IMG/VR virus record: IMGVR_UViG_3300028283_000231 | DNA: 64,000 nucleotides | Origin: a virus | Taxonomy: Duplodnaviria; Caudoviricetes | Direction: 5' to 3' (one strand) | Shown here: one piece after another, positions 48,569 through 57,826 of the stretch | How positions within the stretch are numbered: position 1 is the stretch's first letter | How the letters are laid out: every line of letters begins with the position of its first letter | Made by a program: the position numbers and the translations under genes | Notes under the pieces: generated by a model | The model's database searches: none | Seen by the model: the letters and a program-made list of their open reading frames with translations, nothing else | What the model was told of the DNA's origin: nothing

Positions 48569-49037
48569 TTTCCAAACATTTTCTGTTAATCACTTGGCAC
48601 ATAGTGAATATACATTTCTTACCGTTAAGTTCTATAACTGAACCACTAAATAAACCTCTGAGTTTCTTCCCCTTTATAGATCTAAATGGTATCGTAATAT
48701 TTTTGAAAAATTCCCCCTCTTTTATAACACCGTACATTTTGTCTTTAACCTCTTTATCTATTATACCGTGATTGAGCACGGAAGTATCATGTCCAATTAC
48801 TTGATATTTATTATCTAACTCTATAATCTTAACAAAAGCCTCATTAACATCTATTATTATATTAGTTTCGGCGTCAGCTATAGCCATAGGACAAGGATTA
48901 AGATCAAAAATTTTAAAGAATTTTTCTTCCACAATCCTTAATTCATCAGCAGTACATTTTAGTTCTCTTTCTACGTATTCTTGTTCTATAACAATACCCG
49001 ATGTAATTAGCTCTTCATTATGATTAATTAATTTCAT
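48549..49037 (-). CDS. Stand-alone PAS domain protein
   Basis: EEKFFKIFDLNPCPMAIAD....IIDVNEAF.....VIG classic PAS N-cap; C-terminal beta strands. Confidence 0.8.
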   Translation of the reverse strand: MKLINHNEELITSGIVIEQEYVERELKCTADELRIVEEKFFKIFDLNPCPMAIADAETNIIIDVNEAFVKIIELDNKYQVIGHDTSVLNHGIIDKEVKDKMYGVIKEGEFFKNITIPFRSIKGKKLRGLFSGSVIELNGKKCIFTMCQVINRKCLENVWETF

Positions 49038-49099
49038 AAATTAGCGGTTTTTTACTCATGTATATATTTAAAATCAAAAATGGAAATCGTCAAAATTTT

Positions 49100-49315
49100 T
49101 TACAATCCTCTTTCTATGAGATGTTCCCGTATAGATTGAAATTTTCCTTCTTTGTCTGGCTCTACTATATCCCACACTTCTTTTGGATCAACTTTTGTAA
49201 TTGACTTAGATTTGAAATCTATAACCAGGTACCAAGAATTTCCATTAGATACAATAGTATCTAGAATTCTACAATAAGTTCTTCCGTCTTTTAATAAGAC
49301 AATTTTATTTTTCAT
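49100..49315 (-). CDS. Hypothetical protein
   Basis: 71-aa ORF. Confidence 0.65.
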   Translation of the reverse strand: MKNKIVLLKDGRTYCRILDTIVSNGNSWYLVIDFKSKSITKVDPKEVWDIVEPDKEGKFQSIREHLIERGL

Positions 49316-49319
49316 TTAT

Positions 49320-49916
49320 TTAAATTATTTTATATCTACTATTCATCAACATTTTTGGTGTAAATTCCTCCATTGCCATCAATGAAATAGATTTAACAAG
49401 TATATCGATATATATGGTATTTTTTGTTTCAAGTTGTCTATTTATATCAGTTACTAAAGCTTCAACTAATTTATTCTCCATCTTTTGAACAATATCCATA
49501 CCAGTAGCGGCCTCAATATCCTTCTTATTTTCATGAGATAAAGTTATACCATATTCCTTCTGCTCTAATCTAGGCATTATATCAAATGTTTTCCCACTTA
49601 AATTAAGTTTAGATAATACTTTCATACTCATAGGTAAAAGATTTTGTCCTATATCCCTACCGTCGGCTGGTGGATCAGCGTAAGGAAAAAATCCTCCCAT
49701 ACCATGTCTATGTGAATCGTAATCATAACTTTCTAATTGATGATATTCAGCGTAAATAGCCATAAACTGCCTTATTTCTGGATCTACTGCTTTTAAAGCG
49801 TCTAAAACTGGAGCCCACTTCCTTGAAGCTTTTTCAGTATCTATCTTGTAGTTTCTACCTTTTATTTCATATTCCTTTTCCATATTACTCTTCCTTATTT
49901 TTTTCAGCGTACTCAT
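49320..49916 (-). CDS. Hypothetical protein resembling the N-terminus of T4-like major capsid proteins
   Basis: KWAPVLDAL...YAEYHQL; GQNLLPMSMKV. Confidence 0.4.
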   Translation of the reverse strand: MSTLKKIRKSNMEKEYEIKGRNYKIDTEKASRKWAPVLDALKAVDPEIRQFMAIYAEYHQLESYDYDSHRHGMGGFFPYADPPADGRDIGQNLLPMSMKVLSKLNLSGKTFDIMPRLEQKEYGITLSHENKKDIEAATGMDIVQKMENKLVEALVTDINRQLETKNTIYIDILVKSISLMAMEEFTPKMLMNSRYKII

Positions 49917-49926
49917 TTACCCACTT

Positions 49927-50178
49927 TTGACGCTCAATTTTTTCCAATCCGAACTAGAAGCCACTTTGGGTTATTATTATTTCTTTTTCGGTTGGGCATC
50001 TATGTTAGAAGGATCATCTAAAAAAGAAGATTTTAAAGAAGGTGTAGGAATAAATGATTGTAATTCAAGTAGATCAAAAACAATATGGTTTTATGAAATT
50101 GAATCAAGTAATGAGAAGAACTTGAGGAGACTAAAAATAATTGATAGATCTTTAAATGAAACAGTACAAAGAAGTTGA
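49927..50178 (+). CDS. Hypothetical protein with a variant C-terminal tag
   Basis: TTG start; ends RRLKIIDRSLNE. Confidence 0.5.
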   Translation: MTLNFFQSELEATLGYYYFFFGWASMLEGSSKKEDFKEGVGINDCNSSRSKTIWFYEIESSNEKNLRRLKIIDRSLNETVQRS

Positions 50179-50497
50179 AAACAAAATTGAATACGAAGTG
50201 TTTGAGTTTGATGAAACCGAACAAGACTACGAAGTTCGTATCATAGAAAGATTTGATTACGCTAAAATTAAAAGAGTCTATGATACTTACACTAACACTT
50301 ACTATTTTAAAAGAGGTGAAGCACATAACGATTACGGACCAGCAATGGTAGCTGAAGCAACAGGTCCAGTCTATTACAGATTTGGAGATAAAGTAAAAGA
50401 CGAAGAGTGGAAAGCTTATTATCGCACAATGATAATGGATAGAATGTTAAATAGTGACGAATTTCCACCAAAACCAAAAAAATTAGAAGACGTATGA
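50156..50497 (+). CDS. HNDYGPA-motif protein with C-terminal tag
   Basis: AHNDYGPA; EEWKAYYRTMIMDRML. Confidence 0.7.
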   Translation: MKQYKEVENKIEYEVFEFDETEQDYEVRIIERFDYAKIKRVYDTYTNTYYFKRGEAHNDYGPAMVAEATGPVYYRFGDKVKDEEWKAYYRTMIMDRMLNSDEFPPKPKKLEDV

Positions 50498-51960
50498 AAA
50501 AATTAGAATCCAGATCGAAAAAGAAAATAATTGAATTTTTATCAATAGACCCTATATTTAATGTCTATACTAGAAAATATATGGACTATCTCATCATTAA
50601 AAATGATCTGAGAATGATATATATTGTTGACTTTGAAAGAATTGGAAAATTAAATTCAGAAATTGGATACGAAGAAGTTAACAAGAAATTTAGAAATATT
50701 TTCAAAAAGAAAATAGATGGTTGTTATATTGGTAGATTCTTCTCTGGTGACGAATTAATAATAGCTTTTGATAATGATTGGGAACAAAAAGATTGTAAAA
50801 ACGCCATTAAAAAAATTAGGAAAAAAGCTAGAAAAGAAGGATTGAATTTTAAATGTCTTCACGTAGGATTGAGTAATAAATCTGGTGGAACTAGTGGTAT
50901 GGATGGCGGACATAAGGATCATACTATTGATTGGGCAAATAAATTAAATAGATTAAAACATAAAGTCTTACCTATGAAATCAGAAGATTTGCGTAATATA
51001 GGTTTTTATACTCTTTCTGATTATAGGGCTATGAAAACTAATATTGATTCTGATATGCAAAGAGGTGAAATTATAATTACTGAGTATTGTAATTTTAAAT
51101 GTCCTTATTGTAGAGGTCTTAATGATGAAATTTATAAAGACAGGAAGTTCAAACAACTCACTCTTGATGAAGTTAAAGAGATAATAGATTTATGGAGCCC
51201 ACTATCTAATATAAGATTTTCGGGCGGTGAGCCAACTCTTCATAAAGATTTACTTGAAATGGTTAAATACGCAGCTGATAGCGGAGTAATGAGAATAGCT
51301 ATATCTACAAATGGAACAGCCGATTTGGATTATTATAAAAAATTAATAGAAGCTGGCGTTAATGATTTCTCGATCAGTTTAGACGCTTGTTGTATTTCAG
51401 ACGGTAATAAAATGTCTGGGGTTGAAGATTCATGGTATAAAGTAGTTTACAATATACGTGAAATTAGTAAACTATCATATGTAACAGTTGGTGTAGTTTT
51501 AACGCCAGATAATGTAGAATCTTGTATTCTAACTGTAAGATTCGCTCACGAATTAGGAGTATCTGATATTCGTATAATTTCAGCTGCCCAGTGGAACGAA
51601 AAAATTGCAGGATTAGATTTAATAGAGAACGAAATACTCAGTGAACATCCAATTTTAAAATATAGGGTAGAACATTTTAATAATGGCGTGAATGTTAGGG
51701 GATTATCTGAAACGGATAGTAAGAATTGTGGTATTGTTATAGATGATAGTATAGTAGCTGGTCAAATGCACTTTCCTTGTGTAATTTATATGCGTGAAGG
51801 CGGACAACCTATCGGTAAAGTTGGACCCAATATGAGACAAGAAAGATTTGATTGGTTTAAGAATCATAACTGCATTGAAGACAAAATATGTAAATCTCAA
51901 TGTTTGGATGTGTGTAGGGATTATAACAATAGGGTAAAAAAATTACAACCAGATTTATGA
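50494..51960 (+). CDS. GGDEF-like domain fused to a radical SAM enzyme
   Basis: IVDFERIGKLNSEIGYEEVN...GRFFSGDELII; CNFKCPYC, FSGGEPTLH, ISTNG, ISLD; Cys-rich C-terminus. Confidence 0.75.
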   Translation: MKKLESRSKKKIIEFLSIDPIFNVYTRKYMDYLIIKNDLRMIYIVDFERIGKLNSEIGYEEVNKKFRNIFKKKIDGCYIGRFFSGDELIIAFDNDWEQKDCKNAIKKIRKKARKEGLNFKCLHVGLSNKSGGTSGMDGGHKDHTIDWANKLNRLKHKVLPMKSEDLRNIGFYTLSDYRAMKTNIDSDMQRGEIIITEYCNFKCPYCRGLNDEIYKDRKFKQLTLDEVKEIIDLWSPLSNIRFSGGEPTLHKDLLEMVKYAADSGVMRIAISTNGTADLDYYKKLIEAGVNDFSISLDACCISDGNKMSGVEDSWYKVVYNIREISKLSYVTVGVVLTPDNVESCILTVRFAHELGVSDIRIISAAQWNEKIAGLDLIENEILSEHPILKYRVEHFNNGVNVRGLSETDSKNCGIVIDDSIVAGQMHFPCVIYMREGGQPIGKVGPNMRQERFDWFKNHNCIEDKICKSQCLDVCRDYNNRVKKLQPDL

Positions 51961-52175
51961 TAGAACTCAAAACAGGACATGGTGGAGAATGGGTATTTTT
52001 GTTGAGTTCGGAAGAATTTGAAAAATACAATCTTCAAGGATTTAAAATGGATATAAATTCTTATTTCGACGCTGACGGTGAACCACTTATCTGTGTTAGA
52101 TTTAATAAAGATAACGAACTTAAAAGTTTTAAAAGATCAAAACTAATAGATAAGATGTTAGATAAAAAAACATAA
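51957..52175 (+). CDS. Hypothetical protein with C-terminal tag
   Basis: Ends FKRSKLIDKMLD. Confidence 0.7.
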   Translation: MIELKTGHGGEWVFLLSSEEFEKYNLQGFKMDINSYFDADGEPLICVRFNKDNELKSFKRSKLIDKMLDKKT

Positions 52176-52180
52176 CATAT

Positions 52181-52317
52181 ATGGAAGACGAACCTTTATT
52201 TTACGAAGATTTTATATCAACAGAAGACTTTATCAGAGAATTCACGTCAACGAGTGGAAAAATATAAGAAGAACCCAGTTGATAAAAGATATGATAAATG
52301 GAAAGTTAACTAAATGA
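52181..52317 (+). pseudogene. Small tag-family gene with a 1-nt frameshift near 52242
   Basis: MEDEPLFYEDFISTEDFIREF + HVNEWKNIRRTQLIKDMINGKLTK if one T is restored. Confidence 0.5.
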
Positions 52318-53007
52318 TAACACTCTATTTAAAATTTCCATAGCAATTTCACTCTTTCCAGTAAGTTTTTTAAGATTTTTACTACCGTCAAAAGCGTAAG
52401 CAATATGTTCTTTAGCATTAACCATTTCTGATTTTTCGTTAGCTATAACCAAATCACAATGATTTTTAATGAAAGAATCAGCTGCGATTTTAATTAGTTC
52501 ATCGTGTTCAACACCGTCTTCAAACTTAAATGATACAAGATAACATTTTGGGTTCCATTCTTTAATATGAGCAAGAATCTTTGGTGTCTGGTAAATCCTT
52601 TCCCTTAAACTTTCAATAAAAGCTTCAGGGTCATTACTCTTTAGTTTAGTATGAATTGGACGGAAACCAAAATCAGAAACAGCCATAGGATGAATAACAA
52701 CATCCATTTCAGGAACAAGTTTTTCCATTACATTGTAAACAGATTCAACATCAGTTACTTCGTGTAATTTAAGACAATTAAAATTATATGGAAATTTATT
52801 TTCCGATTTTCCAATTCTAATAAAACCATCTGATTTAGGTAATTCAGATCCTTTCACGTAAACAAAATTAATTTCTATTTCAGTATTACTATGTGATATA
52901 ATAGTATCAGCAATCATTGCACCTAATTTACCAGATGAAATGTTTGTTAAAACTCTTACTCCGTCAATATATTCGCGGGTTCCGCCACTTGTGATTAAAA
53001 TTTCCAT
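52306..53007 (-). CDS. coaB: Phosphopantothenate--cysteine ligase
   Basis: ILITSGGTREYID.VRVLTNISSGKLG; HPMAVSDF; LVSFK. Confidence 0.9.
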   Translation of the reverse strand: MEILITSGGTREYIDGVRVLTNISSGKLGAMIADTIISHSNTEIEINFVYVKGSELPKSDGFIRIGKSENKFPYNFNCLKLHEVTDVESVYNVMEKLVPEMDVVIHPMAVSDFGFRPIHTKLKSNDPEAFIESLRERIYQTPKILAHIKEWNPKCYLVSFKFEDGVEHDELIKIAADSFIKNHCDLVIANEKSEMVNAKEHIAYAFDGSKNLKKLTGKSEIAMEILNRVLSFS

Positions 53008-54068
53008 TTGATTGATTTTATTAAATGTTTAGTACAGTCTAATTTTCCAAAAGGTTTTTCTCCTCCTCTGTGCCAATGTCCACAATGAGGATGGTCTTTA
53101 TGATGAAGTTCAATGTGTAACATACTCATTGGACGACCTTTATCTTTTATAATTACTCTTTTAACTTTACCTAGGTACTGTTGTTTAGAAATTTTATCTC
53201 CAACTTTAAGTTCAGGGTTGGCTTCAATTTCACCGTAAACTACAACTCCTGATTCACCTTTAATATAAATACCGTCAGTATCTAACCAAAAGTCATATCC
53301 AGCTTTAGGACCAGTGAAAGGACAAATATCAATTATTTCACCATCTTCAACTGAAAATACTTCAGTTCCTTCTGGTGCGTAGAGGTCAACTCCACAGTGA
53401 TGATCAAAACGTCTACGGATTCCAAATGATCCAACGTGAGGATAAACAGGAATCTGAACTTCTTTATTCAAATCTAAATCGAGAAATGAATAAGAATCAT
53501 TACTTGTTCCAACACACTTTAGATTAAGTGGAAATTTCCATTTAGGAGTAGGATTAAGAATATCCATTACCTTTTCAACAATTTCTCTTGTGTTAGGAAG
53601 TTTACCCATTCCTAAGTCACCACAGGCTAACATACCTTCAACTGGGAAGATTACATGCCAACCATATCTTTTAAGCTTATCAATATTTTCCTGAGTAATA
53701 GGATTTTCCCACATATTAGTATTCATAGCGGGACATACAATACGAACCTTATCAGGAAGGGCCAGAACAGTGGCTAACAGAAAACTATCTGATATTCCAC
53801 CAGCGATTTTTGCTATTGTATTTGCAGTACCAGGCACTAAAAGGAAAGCATCACACCATTTAGATTCTTCGATGTGGATAGTCTGGTCTGGGGTTTCAGT
53901 TTTAAGATTACCTTTACTTATAACATTAACTGCTGCAGATGGACAAAAATTATGAGCACTATCACTCATAATAACATGAACTTCATTACCCATATTCTGC
54001 AAGCCTGATATAACATCAATGGCTTTATAAGCAGCGATACCACCCGTTATTCCTACTAAGATTTTCAT
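52995..54068 (-). CDS. coaC: Phosphopantothenoylcysteine decarboxylase fused to an M23 peptidase-like domain
   Basis: ILVGITGGIAAYKA; VPGTANTIAKIA.GI.D; PAMNTNMW; LACGD.G.GKL; then HCGVDLYAPEGTEV..VEDGEI...LHIE. Confidence 0.85.
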   Translation of the reverse strand: MKILVGITGGIAAYKAIDVISGLQNMGNEVHVIMSDSAHNFCPSAAVNVISKGNLKTETPDQTIHIEESKWCDAFLLVPGTANTIAKIAGGISDSFLLATVLALPDKVRIVCPAMNTNMWENPITQENIDKLKRYGWHVIFPVEGMLACGDLGMGKLPNTREIVEKVMDILNPTPKWKFPLNLKCVGTSNDSYSFLDLDLNKEVQIPVYPHVGSFGIRRRFDHHCGVDLYAPEGTEVFSVEDGEIIDICPFTGPKAGYDFWLDTDGIYIKGESGVVVYGEIEANPELKVGDKISKQQYLGKVKRVIIKDKGRPMSMLHIELHHKDHPHCGHWHRGGEKPFGKLDCTKHLIKSIKWKF

Positions 54069-54173
54069 ACATTTTATTTTACTATACAAAATTACTAAAT
54101 ATTCCTTAAACAAAAAATAAAAATAATGTTAAAAATAACAATTATGACAATATTTATATAATATATACGTTTT

Positions 54174-54590
54174 ATGGAGAACAAATTTGAGATATTAGAG
54201 ATTATAGATAAGCATATTGATTTGGAAAATTACGTTGCTCCGTCTATTAATTCACCCAGACAGGATTGGTTTGATGCTCATAATAAAATAAATGACGAAC
54301 TCAGAGAAAAGGGATTAATAGGTGAGCACCAGAATATTTATTTTTCTTTTGACGTGCGTGGTAAGATTGATAACATCCATCTTCAATTAGAAACAAGGTG
54401 TTTACCAGATAGAATACCAGAGGAAAGATTTGAAATAGATGGTGCTGACGTGGTGGTAAGAAGAAGAGATTTAGAAGACATAGAGGCTGCGGCTGAAGCT
54501 GAAAGAAAGGCTAGATTCGATTTTAGATCAGATGAATGGAAGAACTATAAGAGAACAAAAATGATGGATAGAATGTTAAATGGAATTTGA
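54174..54590 (+). CDS. Hypothetical protein with C-terminal tag; paralog of the next gene's N-half
   Basis: RFDFRSDEWKNYKRTKMMDRML. Confidence 0.75.
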   Translation: MENKFEILEIIDKHIDLENYVAPSINSPRQDWFDAHNKINDELREKGLIGEHQNIYFSFDVRGKIDNIHLQLETRCLPDRIPEERFEIDGADVVVRRRDLEDIEAAAEAERKARFDFRSDEWKNYKRTKMMDRMLNGI

Positions 54591-55386
54591 ATACGAAGAT
54601 AGAATGGAGATGATTAAGGTCATCGATAGTTATTTAGATATAGCTAATTACGAACACAGTAGAAGAAATTACGTACTTAATAAGTCTGGTTTAGTTATAC
54701 CTAATGTAACAGTTAATAAAGACTGGCACGAAATACACGCACTTATTAATGAAGAACTCAGAGAAAAAGGGTTTTTTTCTGATAGACATACGCTCTTTAT
54801 TCATTTTGATGCATATACTGGAAAAATAGAATCTATTTATATTGAATTAGAAATTCCGCACGAAACAGAAGAAACTCACGACGAATACGAAGTTGGTGAT
54901 TGTGAAATAAAAATAACAAAAAAAGATTCTTTTGTTATAAGTAAAAAAACTGAATTGAGATTTGATTTCAGTCCTTCTGAATGGAAAAATTTCAAAAGAA
55001 CAGAATTAATGGATAGAATGTTAAATGAAAAAGTTTTATGTAAAAAATCAATATATTACGAAAATCAATTTCACCCAGGTTTAAACGGTTACTCATTTCT
55101 AGAAGGTAATTTATATCTCATTGTTAATCACTATCAACAAGGAGAAAAAGGCGAAGGTTACTGGGTAGAAACAGAATTATTTAATAGAAACCAAGAGAGA
55201 TTTCCTGGTCGTATGACTACTGGTTTCTTTGCTACCGATGATGAATTTTCAAGAAAACATAAAGCTTACGGTTACATTCATTATATAGGAGATTATTTCT
55301 TTTTACCAAATGAAACTAGTAATATAATAAGAACTAATTTAATAGATAAAATTTTAAATAAAGAAAAATTTAGCTTATCTTTGTAA
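54580..55386 (+). CDS. Two-module protein, each module ending in the tag
   Basis: EWKNFKRTELMDRML (internal) and IRTNLIDKIL (C-terminal). Confidence 0.75.
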   Translation: MEFEYEDRMEMIKVIDSYLDIANYEHSRRNYVLNKSGLVIPNVTVNKDWHEIHALINEELREKGFFSDRHTLFIHFDAYTGKIESIYIELEIPHETEETHDEYEVGDCEIKITKKDSFVISKKTELRFDFSPSEWKNFKRTELMDRMLNEKVLCKKSIYYENQFHPGLNGYSFLEGNLYLIVNHYQQGEKGEGYWVETELFNRNQERFPGRMTTGFFATDDEFSRKHKAYGYIHYIGDYFFLPNETSNIIRTNLIDKILNKEKFSLSL

Positions 55387-55400
55387 AAATAAACAAAACT

Positions 55401-56537
55401 ATGCAGCGACATCTCTTTAAACTAAGCAAACAGAACAAGATATTACACTACGTTGTTCAAGTTATAGATAATAAAACTAGTTCTCAACTAGTTACAGATA
55501 AAGGGCAATTTCTAGGAGCCTACCAGTCTGATACAAAAGAATTTGTGATTGGTAAAAATGTTGGTAGAGCCAACGAAACTACACACTTTCAGCAAGCTAT
55601 ATCAGAGGCTGATTCCAAAGTAAATAAACAAAAAGACGAAGGTTATAAATTATGGGATGGTGATCTTGTTCCAGGACCAAATGTAGCAAAAGAAATTTTA
55701 GAATGGCTTACAGATCAAGGCAAAGGCACTGACGCATCTGGTGATTTAAAACCAATGTTGGCACACAAAGATTTAAAAAGTATCAAATTTCCATGTCTCA
55801 TTCAAAGAAAATATGACGGAATTCGTTGTTTCAGTAAAGTGAATGGTGGAACCACAATGAAATCTAGAAACGGAAAAGATTTCAACTATCTTCAACACAT
55901 TATGAATGATTTAGGATTAAATTTCACTAACTGTATTGTTGACGGTGAACTTTATTCTAATACACTCACTTTTCAGGAAATACTTTCAAGTGTGAAGAGG
56001 GAACAGGCTTCTAATAAACTTATTTCTTTACGTATTTATGACGTAATTCCACTTGATAATCTTAAATTAAAACAATCAGAAAGAGTAAATTTACTTAATC
56101 TTAAACAAGATTCTACTTGTCTTCACCCAGTTGAAACTTACACGGTTAACAACATCGAAGAGGTTAAAGTGTATTTTGCTCAATTTATTGAAGAAGGGTA
56201 CGAAGGTGCTATTCTTAGGAACCTTAACGGTGAATACGAATTCGGTGGAAGGTCTAGGGATCTTATTAAATATAAGGAATTCGATGATGATGAATTCGAA
56301 ATCGTTGATGTTATTGAAGCAAGTGGTAGGGACGAAGGAACTGCTATTTTTGTAATGTGTAATAAAAACGATCAAATCTTCAACGCTAGACCAAAAGGCA
56401 CTAGGGAAATTAGAAGGGAATATCTTTTGAATAAAAAAGAACTGATTGGAAAAATGGGAACTGTACAATATCAAGGTCTAACTGACGACGGTGTGCCTCG
56501 CTTCCCTGTTTTCAAGTGTGTGAGGGATTATGAATAA
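55401..56537 (+). CDS. ATP-dependent DNA ligase
   Basis: Motif I QRKYDGIRC; DGELY; YDV; EGAILR; KYK; OB fold ending PRFPVF. Confidence 0.92.
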   Translation: MQRHLFKLSKQNKILHYVVQVIDNKTSSQLVTDKGQFLGAYQSDTKEFVIGKNVGRANETTHFQQAISEADSKVNKQKDEGYKLWDGDLVPGPNVAKEILEWLTDQGKGTDASGDLKPMLAHKDLKSIKFPCLIQRKYDGIRCFSKVNGGTTMKSRNGKDFNYLQHIMNDLGLNFTNCIVDGELYSNTLTFQEILSSVKREQASNKLISLRIYDVIPLDNLKLKQSERVNLLNLKQDSTCLHPVETYTVNNIEEVKVYFAQFIEEGYEGAILRNLNGEYEFGGRSRDLIKYKEFDDDEFEIVDVIEASGRDEGTAIFVMCNKNDQIFNARPKGTREIRREYLLNKKELIGKMGTVQYQGLTDDGVPRFPVFKCVRDYE

Positions 56538-57336
56538 ATACTACATACCAACGTACAGAGAATGCTTAAGAATTACAAAATCATTTCCACCAAAGACTTT
56601 CTACGAAACTAGAAGACTCTACGATGATTATAAATTCTCTTTCTTTAATTATAGATTAGCCGAATATAAACAATTCAGAGAAGCTAACGCCTTTGAAATG
56701 AAAGGTATAACTTTTCTACATCACGAAGGCGTTACTACACATTCTTTAATGTTTAATAAATTCTGGGAACTTAATCAGTACCCAGAATTTAACTACGATC
56801 TCTTTAAAGATAAAAAAATTAAAAAGGTCATGGTGAAAGAAGACGGTAATCTTATATCCTTTATAAAATTACCAGACGGTAGAATAATATCTAAAGTTAA
56901 AGAAGGTTTTAAATCTATCTTTAATAAGACTGCCAACCAATTCATACAAGATAATCCTATCTATTATAAATTCATAGAGTATTGTATTGATAATGATATT
57001 GTTCCATTATTTGAATTAGTTGGGGAGAACAGGATTGTTTTGAAGTACGATAAGAATGATTTGATACTTTTAAATTTAAGGAACAACTTAACTGGTGAGT
57101 ATATTGATTATTTGGATTACGATTTAGAAGGTATTAATATAGTTAGAAATGAGAACCATAGTCTTGATGAATTAGTGGAGTTAGCTAAAGAGAAAGAATA
57201 TTTTGAAGGTTGGGTAGTGCAGTTCGAAGACGACACTCTTTTAAAGGTAAAGACACAATGGTACTATGATTATACTGAGTTTTTACTTGATAAATTTAAT
57301 ATGAAAAGGAAGAAAGAGAATCAATCAAATATGTAA
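56530..57336 (+). CDS. rnlA: RNA ligase 1 (T4 Rnl1-like)
   Basis: FNKFWELN; motif I KEDG; FELVG; EGWVV; KVKTQWY. Confidence 0.8.
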   Translation: MNKYYIPTYRECLRITKSFPPKTFYETRRLYDDYKFSFFNYRLAEYKQFREANAFEMKGITFLHHEGVTTHSLMFNKFWELNQYPEFNYDLFKDKKIKKVMVKEDGNLISFIKLPDGRIISKVKEGFKSIFNKTANQFIQDNPIYYKFIEYCIDNDIVPLFELVGENRIVLKYDKNDLILLNLRNNLTGEYIDYLDYDLEGINIVRNENHSLDELVELAKEKEYFEGWVVQFEDDTLLKVKTQWYYDYTEFLLDKFNMKRKKENQSNM

Positions 57337-57752
57337 TTATCAATCTCTTGATAAATGAATCTTGTTAGGTTATCTAAATTCTCTTCTGAAATATAATCCT
57401 TGTAATCTAAACCAACTAAACCTATAACGTAATCTCTAATATCGTCAAGAGGTGGGAGTATTGTACCATAACTTTTTGCAGCTATCTGTTTTTCAAACCA
57501 TTCCATAGATTTTTCAACTATATCTTGATATTCGAGAAGTCCCATGAGTGTAAGTTTTTGGTAATTTATATGGAGTATCATTGAATCAGATTGTTTATCG
57601 TAATCCCAAGCGTTATCTATTCTACCTTCTTCTCTACATCTATATTCGTCCATTGGTTGGTCGTCGTCCCAATAGGATTCGAAAACTTTTTGATTGAATT
57701 TACCGTCAACGTAGAAAGCCTTTTCGAATTTTTCGTAATTTTTAATTGGCAT
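57321..57752 (-). CDS. Hypothetical protein
   Basis: 143-aa ORF, late promoter upstream. Confidence 0.7.
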   Translation of the reverse strand: MPIKNYEKFEKAFYVDGKFNQKVFESYWDDDQPMDEYRCREEGRIDNAWDYDKQSDSMILHINYQKLTLMGLLEYQDIVEKSMEWFEKQIAAKSYGTILPPLDDIRDYVIGLVGLDYKDYISEENLDNLTRFIYQEIDNYIFD

Positions 57753-57826
57753 TAAGAGATTATAATTTTCTACTATATATTAAAAACTTAAATCGGATTT
57801 TATTCTATATAAATAAAAAATCGTTT

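Noticed and set aside
50990-51960. Viperin-like assignment of the radical SAM domain
   Set aside because: Only the generic CxxxCxxC and GGEP motifs are evident; family cannot be fixed without a profile search
22541-52317. Programmed ribosomal frameshifts at the four frame breaks
   Set aside because: No X XXY YYZ slippery sites or downstream stimulators; single indels explain them
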